Below are positions 55,603 through 64,000 of a DNA stretch of 64,000 nucleotides, in pieces (the first letter of the stretch is position 1; every line of letters begins with the position of its first letter). Both the position numbers and the translations under genes were made by a program. Source of the stretch: Lingula anatina (taxonomy: Eukaryota > Animalia > Brachiopoda). The stretch spans positions 8,680,001 through 8,744,000 of the forward strand of contig CM120642.1 in NCBI GenBank assembly GCA_051362555.1. The letters are read 5' to 3'. The notes under the pieces were generated by a model. It worked only from the letters and a program-made list of their open reading frames with translations, ran no database searches and was not told where the DNA came from.

Positions 55603-56655
55603 TCATAGACCTCTCTCTTTTGACTTTGATTCTCTGCGTCTTCTTTTCTCTGGATTCCTTGCATCTCTTGTGAAATACCATAAACCTACTAAACAAATCA
55701 TGTATGCTATAAATAAAATGTCCCCCAGTATTGCATAATCTTTCCGTCTACGTGTACCATTTTTTTCACTCTTCCTGTCTGAGAAGTCGGTCTTGGAGTA
55801 AGAGTTTTCTGCTTGGGTTGCTTTTTGCTTGTGTCTTCCACCTAAACCTGTACTTCGTGCACCATGCCAAAATGAATCTCTTGAAGCATTCATTTGGGCT
55901 TTCATTCTTTCAATATTCTCCCAGATTCTTTCTCTGTCCTTTCGACGCCTAAGTTCTTCTGCAGCCCATTTCCTATTAAAATATTCCTCTGCTTCTCTCA
56001 TTCTCTCATCCTCATTAGCTTCGTTAGGATTTGTTCCCCAGGATTCATACCAATTGTGCTCATCTTTTCTGTGTGTATTATAGTAAGCGTCACGATATGG
56101 ATTTTGGTATCGAGAAGAGGGCCCACCTCTCTCTTCTTCCCAGAAGTCGTACCAAAAGTGCTCATCTTTTCTGCGTGTATTATAGTGAGTATCTTGATAT
56201 GGATTTTGGTATCGAGAAGAGGGCCCACCTCCTTTGTACTCCCGTGTTTCTGCATACGGCCTATATTTACTTCCATAATCTCTATGGTCTGCATAAGTCC
56301 TATTTCTATTCACTGTAGAAGAGGAAAATGACTGAAAACTCATAGATCTATCATAGTCCCTTCTTGATGTGTCATTTCTCAGAGTCTCGTATGCTTTGTT
56401 AATTTGTGTAAAGATCAAGTGAGCGTTTTTATTCTTATTCACATCTGGGTGGTTTTTTTTCACCTTATCTAGGTAAGCTTTTCGAATTTCATCCTTTGTA
56501 GCATTTTTTGATATACCTAATACAGCATACAAATCTTTGCCCTGCATGCTAAGTAGAATACTACTTTGGTGAAGTTCATTTGAGCGACTAACATGTCCCT
56601 TGATCAGCAAGAATCCTTTGTGTCGAAACATATTTTCTCTTGCAATGAAAATCAT
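55603..56655 (-). CDS. J-domain protein J1 (350 aa; presequence-like N-terminus, J domain, internal 34-aa duplication, C-terminal TM)
   Basis: DLYAVLG...IRKAY...HPDVN...INKAYETL...RRDYD; hydrophobic YAILGDILFIAYMICLVGLWYF followed by a basic tail; uninterrupted ORF. Confidence 0.88.
   Translation of the reverse strand: MIFIARENMFRHKGFLLIKGHVSRSNELHQSSILLSMQGKDLYAVLGISKNATKDEIRKAYLDKVKKNHPDVNKNKNAHLIFTQINKAYETLRNDTSRRDYDRSMSFQSFSSSTVNRNRTYADHRDYGSKYRPYAETREYKGGGPSSRYQNPYQDTHYNTRRKDEHFWYDFWEEERGGPSSRYQNPYRDAYYNTHRKDEHNWYESWGTNPNEANEDERMREAEEYFNRKWAAEELRRRKDRERIWENIERMKAQMNASRDSFWHGARSTGLGGRHKQKATQAENSYSKTDFSDRKSEKNGTRRRKDYAILGDILFIAYMICLVGLWYFTRDARNPEKRRRRESKSKERGL
56040..56230 (-). repeat. 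Coding tandem duplication, 102-bp period, in J1
   Basis: GATATGGATTTTGGTATCGAGAAGAGGGCCCACCT ends at both 56128 and 56230; protein GGPSSRYQNPY..YNT.RKDEH.WY..W twice. Confidence 0.9.
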
Positions 56656-57057
56656 TTCTGGTTTCAGTTAATCACCTCCTCATTTCTGTTGAAGACAAGA
56701 ATGGAAACTTTTTTTTCATATCATCTTTTTTTCCCCCCCAACTTCCTTTGAATTTCAATTTTTGGTTTTTCTGTTGAAAGTTATATGAGCTTCATAGCAT
56801 TTCATGCCAAAGTTGTCTGTATGATTCAGAAAATAGGCTGTAGATACTTCAAGAAATATACTGATGTTGCATCATCACTGGATAGGCTTCACAAACACTT
56901 GGTCCAACGTAGGTTCCCTATAAATGCAAAAAAATATATTGTATTTGCATTTCTGTCACATTTCTATTTTCAAAATCCAGTCTCGGTAGGTTTGTAACAC
57001 ATGACGCACATTTTGAACCTAGCAGGCAGAGCAAAAAATCATACTCACTCAAACTAA

Positions 57058-57108
57058 AGGAAATAGCCCTTTCGAAACCTAGGTGAATAAAAGGGGGTCC
57101 TGATATTC
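57058..57108. repeat. Dispersed 51-bp direct repeat, copy 2
   Basis: AGGAAATAGCCCTTTCGAAACCTAGGTGAATAAAAGGGGGTCCTGATATTC. Confidence 0.85.
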
Positions 57109-57490
57109 CATTCCACGCTACATGTGAATGATACAAAGATCAACTTGCAGTACACGAACTTAAAAACATCTTGTGAACCAGTGCCATAAGCAGTGCAAAA
57201 CAAACAAAAAGTACTCAGTCAAGTCCCATAAAGGGTTTCATTTAATGCCACTGCAAAAAATTAACTGTTTACATTTTTCATGTTCCTTACATTAAACAGA
57301 ATATATTATTAGGCAGATCTAGCATATGAAGAAAGGGGGTTATTATTATTATTATTATAAGTTTCTTTTTCATTTTGCAGTGCTGAATACATTTGCTGTG
57401 CCCCATCACAATGAATCTTTTCAATGTTTAACTAATTCATGCAGACTTCTTTTTCACCATTTTCCTTTGTCTGAATAACATTATTATTAA

Positions 57491-58093
57491 TTACTCTTTT
57501 CTTTCTTTTTTTTTCTTAGCTTGCAGTAAAACTAGATACATGACTTTGGTAGACAAAAATAAGCCTGTATAGAGCAACATCAGGAACAGACCGAAACTCA
57601 TTCCCTTTCTTTTCCTTGGAGAAAAAGTACCGTTTTTTGTCCATCTATTTTGATCATAAGCTTTTCCATATGTCTCATCATTCCTTCCATATTGCCAATT
57701 CTCCTTATATCCTCCCCTTTTAAAATCATATCTGGATCTTAAAATATTATCATAATGCCTTTTGGATTCCTCATTGGAAAGAGTTTCATAGGCAGTCTTA
57801 ATGAGTGTAAAGGATTGATGTGCATTTTTTTCCTTACACACGTCAGGATGATACTTTTTAACTAATATCAAATAAGCTTTCCGTCTTTCTTCTGCTGAGG
57901 CTGTCCTGTCCACGCCCAGAATTTTATAATAATCCTCACTTTCTTTAAGGAAAGCACTACTTGATGCATGAAAATTTTTGCATAGTCCAAGACAGCTCTG
58001 ATATATGATTTTATCTTTTACAAAACATCGTAAATGTTTATTTACAGTGGCCTCGATTAACTGTCCAGGGCGAGCAATAACTAAATAGGCCAT
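57491..58093 (-). CDS. J-domain protein J2 (200 aa from first ATG; C-terminal TM)
   Basis: FHASS...EDYYKILGV...HPDVC...AYETLS...RHYD; TM FGLFLMLLYTGLFLSTKVMYLVLL then KKKKERKE. First in-frame ATG is at 58093 (the track start is TTG). Confidence 0.86.
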   Translation of the reverse strand: MAYLVIARPGQLIEATVNKHLRCFVKDKIIYQSCLGLCKNFHASSSAFLKESEDYYKILGVDRTASAEERRKAYLILVKKYHPDVCKEKNAHQSFTLIKTAYETLSNEESKRHYDNILRSRYDFKRGGYKENWQYGRNDETYGKAYDQNRWTKNGTFSPRKRKGMSFGLFLMLLYTGLFLSTKVMYLVLLQAKKKKERKE

Positions 58094-58520
58094 ATTGAAT
58101 TGTACTCCAGTCTTCAAGATAAATAATTTGTACTGTCCAGGTTTTAGTTCTTATATATCATCGTTTCACAACTGATCCCCAGGTAAATTGAGTTTTTCCT
58201 CCACATATGCTTTGACTTCCAAGAGTTGGGAATTGGATCCCTGACAACCAAGACCCTACAAAAATTCACAGGAAATTTGATATTAATAAAACTTTTTATT
58301 TAAACAGAATTCCTCATAAATAATTAAAAACATTATATCTAACAGTAAATATCTTCCTCAACAAAGTTTAAAAGAAAGAAATTAAGTTCCTGTTCAAAGT
58401 GCACAACATGTTACGCTTCTAGGTGGTGGTATTTTCTGAACTATGGTTCTAATAGCATTACTTAGACAAGTGCAAATCCGTGAGATATATCTGGAAGCTT
58501 GTCAGGCCTATACTACTTAC

Positions 58521-58745
58521 ACCCCATTTCCATAGATTTTTAGATCGATCTATCCCTGTGGGGAGTCTCACTAGATTACTGTCAGCTTGGCCGGCTTAAG
58601 CGTCTGTCCCGCCTTCTAAAAGCTGTAAGGGGGTAATTAACTATGGTGCCCGCTCGGCTGACTGCAATTTAGCGTGAACCCCCAGGGAGTGAGGTAGATC
58701 TAAAACTTAATCTTTAGATCGATCTAAATCTCTGGGAAAGCACCC
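58521..58745. mobile_element. MITE-like foldback element between J2 and J3
   Basis: TTTCCATAGATTTTTAGATCGATCTA pairs with TAGATCGATCTAAATCTCTGGGAAA; inner arms CCCTGTGGGG...GTCAGC and GCTGAC...CCCCCAGGG. Ends approximate. Confidence 0.7.
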
Positions 58746-59121
58746 TTAGATGGGATCCTTTACAGATTACCATCATGATATTTTTCTTAATCACTTAACT
58801 CTCCCCGAGAAAAGTATATTATTTCATTAAAACACAATATATTTGTTGGTTATGTTAATGTTAAGCAAATATCACTCAAAAATTAAATACTAGTAAACAA
58901 ATCATTGGAAATCCTAAACTGAACAAGTTTAATACAACAATGAAGACTCCTGTTCTTATCCCTTCAGCAGCCTAGCAACTCAACATTACAATACCAGATA
59001 TAATAGCTTTTTTTTACATACAACTATCCTTCCGTTTTCTCATAACAGGCACATACAAGTCTAGCAGTCTCGTTCTCTTTTTTGCAGCAGGAAAATTACT
59101 TGCCTCAACTTCTACAGCCAG

Positions 59122-59769
59122 CTAATCATCTTCATCATAGTCATGCACTTTACTTTTCTTGTACATCTTTATAAAATAGGCCATCAATGCACTGAATATT
59201 CCAACATATGCAAAAAGAACATCTAGTGCTATATATTTTGGAAACCCCCATCCATTTACTTTCTCTCTATTATATACATAATGGTCCTTGTGCACTTCAT
59301 TCCATTTATTTTCTGAATTTGCACCTGTGCCATAGCTTGTTCCATATCCTTTGGCACCATACTTGTCTCTAGGTGTATTTAGACCAATCTTTCGTCCACT
59401 GTCATATTCCTTTCTCAAATTTTCATTTCCAAGTGTTTCATATGCAGTGTTAATGAGCGTTAGGGATTTGTGGGCATGCCCGTCCTTACACACATCAGGG
59501 TGAAATTTTTTAACCTGATCTAAATAAGCTTCTCGGATTTTCTCTCGTGAGGCAGTCTTGTCAACACCAAGAATCTTATAATAGTCTTCATTTTCTCTCA
59601 AGAAAACCACACAAGATGTGTGTACTTGTTTGCAGCAGAAAAGTTGTCCCTGAAACCTCAGTTGAACCCCTCTTTTTACCACTAACACTTTGGTAAAACC
59701 ACGAATGTATCTTGATAATTCAAAGGGAAGGGCTCCCAGGTTGATTTTTGAAATAACTTTCAAAGACAT
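59122..59769 (-). CDS. J-domain protein J3 (215 aa from first ATG; C-terminal TM)
   Basis: VHTS...EDYYKILGV...HPDVC...AYETLG...RKEYD; TM YIALDVLFAYVGIFSALMAYFI. First ATG is at 59769. Confidence 0.86.
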   Translation of the reverse strand: MSLKVISKINLGALPFELSRYIRGFTKVLVVKRGVQLRFQGQLFCCKQVHTSCVVFLRENEDYYKILGVDKTASREKIREAYLDQVKKFHPDVCKDGHAHKSLTLINTAYETLGNENLRKEYDSGRKIGLNTPRDKYGAKGYGTSYGTGANSENKWNEVHKDHYVYNREKVNGWGFPKYIALDVLFAYVGIFSALMAYFIKMYKKSKVHDYDEDD

Positions 59770-60099
59770 ACTGTACAATATACTGTGTAACAAGGTAATA
59801 AAACTGGTTTCAACTTGTTTCTATTTTAATTGTCACAACAATTAACTCCTCAAAAAAAGTAAAATGTATTCCTAAATAGAATTGGGTAGGGGCATTTCAG
59901 CTAGATTCAGTCAGACTTAGAGGGTGGACACGTTTGCTGTCTCCTAAAATACAATGCCCATCTCCTGTTAATGAGTTATGTTTGTTACCAACTCTCATCA
60001 AAATACCAACTTAAGTTCATAAGTCACTTAGCTTTGCAACATGCCATCTTCACAATTTACTTACTACTCTAATGTGGAAGGCATATTAAAAAACTTTGT

Positions 60100-60726
60100 T
60101 TAGTCACTTTCTTCAAAATTAAATATTCTTCTCCTTCCTCCAAACTTGTTATTCAATCCGTGTGCCTTTTCCCTCATCATCTCTTCCTCCATCGCGTTTT
60201 CAAATTCGATGTCATACATACGCCTCATGTCATCATAAACTTTGCCATATTGTGGTCCACGAGCAAATTGACCATCTTTTGGAACAAATCTGGCCCTGTT
60301 GGCGCCAGCCCTTCTCTCCCAGTCTTTCACTCCTTTGTATAATTTTTCCTGGTGACCAGCAGCAGATTTTCTGAACTGAGACACTCTGGAGGAAGACTGA
60401 CGCTGTTCAGCTTCTAAAGTACCAAAGGAAGAGCCTTTATTACTTAATATGTCATATGCCTCTTTGATTTTGTTGAAATTAGCATGAGCATTTTTGTCTT
60501 GGTTCACATCAGGGTGATGTTTTTTCACAAGAGACAAGTATGCTTTTTTGATATCTTCCGGTGATGCACTGCTTGATAAACCTAGTATTTCGTAATATTG
60601 TGCATACCTGTTGCTGATAACGTCACCGACGTGTATTTGTTTGCATTGCAAATATATAGGAACCACCTTCTTTTGAAAATTTGAGGAAGCCAAGAGCAAA
60701 ACTTTGTCACAAAAGGCTGCTGTCAT
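60100..60726 (-). CDS. J-domain protein J4 (208 aa from first ATG; no TM)
   Basis: YYEILGL...IKKAY...HHPDVN...IKEAYDILS; charged C-terminus. First ATG is at 60726. Confidence 0.84.
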   Translation of the reverse strand: MTAAFCDKVLLLASSNFQKKVVPIYLQCKQIHVGDVISNRYAQYYEILGLSSSASPEDIKKAYLSLVKKHHPDVNQDKNAHANFNKIKEAYDILSNKGSSFGTLEAEQRQSSSRVSQFRKSAAGHQEKLYKGVKDWERRAGANRARFVPKDGQFARGPQYGKVYDDMRRMYDIEFENAMEEEMMREKAHGLNNKFGGRRRIFNFEESD

Positions 60727-61070
60727 TTTATCTTTGAAAAATTTTGTGCCCAGCAGAAATTCAGAAAGCAAATGCCTTGAATAAAGTCAATTAGTTAAGT
60801 CCTGCTCCTCTTAAGTGCTTCTGTAATGTCCCATGGAACCATATTGAAATACCAACTTCAGTATTTCCTCCTATAAGAAAGGGAAAGATAATTTGGGGTT
60901 AGATATTCACCAGTGGCCATATGCATCCCAAAGATTTTAATTTTACAAGAACATTCAAGTTAGAGAGGTAATCAGTTTGATCTTACTTTAGAGTAATAAG
61001 ATTCAAGTGAAATTTATGTGGGGCTAATCAGAATAGAGAAGTATAGTACTAACTGTACCACTAACTAAAT

Positions 61071-61253
61071 AGGGACGACCCTACTTCAAAAGTGATGCCT
61101 CTGATTCTTGATGGTCTCACTGCCTTCATACGTGCCATAAAATAATTAAATCTCAACTCCGAGCTTAAACTGCCAGGTCCCTGCAACAACGGCATGTGGA
61201 GGTGGGGAGACCATCATGGAATTAGCAGCATCGCTTTTGAAGTGGGGCGCCGG
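61071..61253. mobile_element. MITE-like foldback element between J4 and J5
   Basis: CCCTACTTCAAAAGTGATGC...TGATGGTCTC is an imperfect inverted repeat of GAGACCATCA...GCATCGCTTTTGAAGTGGGG. Ends approximate. Confidence 0.68.
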
Positions 61254-61896
61254 CCATATTTAGTCAGCAGATCAGTTAGTAAACGGATCATCCATTCTGA
61301 ATGGCCCTATGACATAAAACACTCTGAGGATAAAGTAAGATCCCCTGGGTAGAATTATAGTAAATCATACAGCTAAGCTGCAAATATACAGACACCAAAC
61401 ATGAATATACACTGCATCACTATTTACATAGATAAAATCCAATCTTGTTGTTTTTGCAAGGAACCTTTTTTCACAAAACAAAACAATTACAGTTTGGCAG
61501 TTATGTTTTAGACAGTAATGGTAACAGCATTCACACAAACAGACAGTAATAAGAATATATACAGACACAGTGTCTGTACATAATAAAAGAATTTCTAACC
61601 CCGCATGACCAGTCACTTTCACAAATGAATGCACGATCAAAACAAAACAATTTAATACTGAACTAAATCTTCTTTATTTACAGAAAATTTAACCAGTGAA
61701 TGTGTTGACTATGGTATATAAAGTCTCTTTTAGCCATCTTCAAAAGCACCTCAGAACCCTATAATTAAGTATTACCTCCCCTGCTTCAACTTTTCAGTTT
61801 CAGTACACTTCATGTTTGCCAAACATGGGGTGGGATACTTAATCAAGCTATGTAATTTACTTCAAAATAGCAAGCATTATTAAGGCTAAGTGCCTA

Positions 61897-61902
61897 ACAT
61901 AC

Positions 61903-61977
<75 letters not shown>

Positions 61978-61984
61978 TTTTTTT
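61897..61984. repeat. Compound (ACAT)n(AT)n(T)25 repeat
   Basis: Directly visible downstream of J5. Confidence 0.93.
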
Positions 61985-62100
61985 ATTTGTATTACAAGCT
62001 GTTTATTTGGAATTATGTCAGTTTAACATGTAGTTCAGAAGTAAACAAGAGGCCATTCCCATCAAACCTGTCATCTCTTTTTTTTTATCTAAAGAAGTCC

Positions 62101-62868
62101 TTAAATATCATCAACAAAATCATCTTTTAACTGCCTTTTGATATAAACTATAGTTGCTATTAGCATTGCAGTTACTGGGATGGTAAAAGGTAAAGTTTCA
62201 CTTATCCTTACCATCCTACGGAATTTTACATCTTCGCGATCAGAAATGTTTATATTATACACATTTCTTCGCCACTGGTGAGCAGATCTTCTTAAGATGT
62301 CTCGCTCTAGCTCTGACTTGTTAGCATACGCCTTCCACTCGGGATAGTGTCCATAACGGGAACCATCGTAATGATCTTTCAAATACTGATTGCTTAGTGT
62401 CTCATAAGCTGTATTTAGGAGCGTAATTTTCTGATGTGCCGTCTCATCTGAGCAAACATCAGGGTGACATTTTTTGACTAGTCGGATGTAACTTTTTCTA
62501 ATCTCTTCTTGGGTGGCACCTTTTGATATTTCAAGAATTTTGTAATAGTCCTCAGTCTGTTGAGCAGTATGTGTACTGGTATGTAGATGTCCCCTACCAG
62601 CAAGATGTGCCAATGATCCTGGTATCAGTAAAAGCTCTGTTCCAAACTGGGAACTGTGGCAGAGTGTAAGATGTCTGTGACTTATATCCATTTGCTGAAT
62701 GCCAAACTTATTTGAACTCGCATTCCTTTTGGAATGACATCTGGGAGATGGTGTTTGCAGTTTTTTAAATGCTATTCCATTGTGATGTGACTGCACGCTA
62801 CTTTGGAAACTCCCAAGGTATACCCAGTTCCTCAAACATAAACTACATTGTGGCAGCAGTATCTTCAT
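62101..62868 (-). CDS. J-domain protein J5 (255 aa; long presequence-like N-terminus, C-terminal TM)
   Basis: LHTS...EDYYKILEI...HPDVC...AYETLS...HYD; TM LPFTIPVTAMLIATIVYI then KR. Confidence 0.86.
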   Translation of the reverse strand: MKILLPQCSLCLRNWVYLGSFQSSVQSHHNGIAFKKLQTPSPRCHSKRNASSNKFGIQQMDISHRHLTLCHSSQFGTELLLIPGSLAHLAGRGHLHTSTHTAQQTEDYYKILEISKGATQEEIRKSYIRLVKKCHPDVCSDETAHQKITLLNTAYETLSNQYLKDHYDGSRYGHYPEWKAYANKSELERDILRRSAHQWRRNVYNINISDREDVKFRRMVRISETLPFTIPVTAMLIATIVYIKRQLKDDFVDDI

Positions 62869-64000
62869 ACTGTAATCTTATTAAACTCCAAAATGAAAAA
62901 TCACTTTTAAAGGAATTCCTTTCCCATGGCAACTAAGCTGACCTTTCTAAGTTATGTCAATTTCAGCAAAATAAAATATGATGTGTGGGTTCCAAAGGTT
63001 TTGAAGCACGTCTTCCAAAAATTTAAAGGGGCAGAGTTACTGAAACAATTTGCTGGTTTCCTTTCTTGAAAAATCAATGCTATTCTCTCCAATATGACAG
63101 ATTTCTAGGTCTTCGTTTTCCAACAACAAACCTTTATTTCTTTGTTGGCTCAAGTGACATCAGCCATAGCCACCTGACTTTCCAGTCCTTAGCCTAAAAT
63201 CTCCTAGAAGCAAACAAAGCACCATCTCATACTTCACATGATTGTAAATGTTACCACCCGGTACAGAAGTGCATTTTATTTCTACAACTGGGGGGACAAG
63301 CAACAGAAATCTCCATATAGGAATCTGAAAGAAGGAACTCTGCCATCCTGTTGTTCTCTCGGCCTATCAACTTTATCAATTCTCATTTCTAGTCTTAAGT
63401 ATTTATCATTACAAAACCAGGTGGTAAGTTCCACATGTTATCATACACATTACTGAGGTTAAATATTGTACTTAATGCTACTTTTAAACCTTAAGCATTC
63501 CTAATATATATATCAGCTCACTTTGGAAATAAAACATGGGGACTTGAGTTTAAGAGCTATATCAGAATTTAAAAGGTCAGTAAGTTTTATATTAGTTCAG
63601 GCAAAACTGTTTGAACTTAGGAAGATGACTGTGCCATATAATGAATCATGTCAAAATGACATCAACTTAAAACAGTGTAAAAAGCACAGGTACACAACTC
63701 CAATCTTTAATTTTAACTTTAAATCAAAATCATTAGACTTTAAGAATAGTTATTTTTTTAACAACTAGAAACAATAAAACAACTTAGAGATCAGTGCTTG
63801 ACAAGGACAGCTGCTTTACTGTACAAATATAATTTTGCTCTAACTTTCAATTTTTTCAAAATTGTCAGTCATTTCATTTATCACCATTACAAAACCACTT
63901 CAAAGACAATATATCTTTCAGTTTTAAGTGTGAAGTCAAGCAGTGACCTTTGGAGCAATATTTTCATACTAGTACCTTAGAGGGAAGTGCTCCTTATAAA

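Noticed and set aside
63233-63992. Candidate minus-strand leader exons (63233-63324 and a 17-nt 63976-63992)
   Set aside because: Splice-like strings only, no coding evidence, and at the window edge; cannot be supported without RNA data.

Overview
AT-rich metazoan genomic DNA (invertebrate-like; a mollusc or other lophotrochozoan is a guess). There are three gene systems. (1) A Fat4/Fat-type giant protocadherin on the minus strand. ATG is at 42869, and 14 coding exons were traced by hand with consistent splice phases down to 280 (about 4050 codons). It has a 5.1 kb first coding exon and a 17.8 kb first intron, and it runs off the left edge inside the first laminin-G domain. (2) A complete 23-exon DIS3/Rrp44 exosome nuclease on the plus strand (43679-54720, about 926 aa), head-to-head with Fat4 across about 810 bp. 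One intron requires, and a second probably uses, a GC-AG donor. (3) A tandem array of five single-ORF, co-oriented J-domain (DnaJ class C) genes on the minus strand (55603-62868). All have mitochondrial-presequence-like N-termini, four have a C-terminal transmembrane anchor, and each is preceded by a splice-acceptor-like site. This array is the most novel-looking system: a possible shared-leader or polycistronic cluster of mitochondrial Hsp70 co-chaperones, with a retrocopy-like poly(A) signature on one member. Three MITE-like elements and several microsatellites are also present. All calls come from manual reading; no searches were run.
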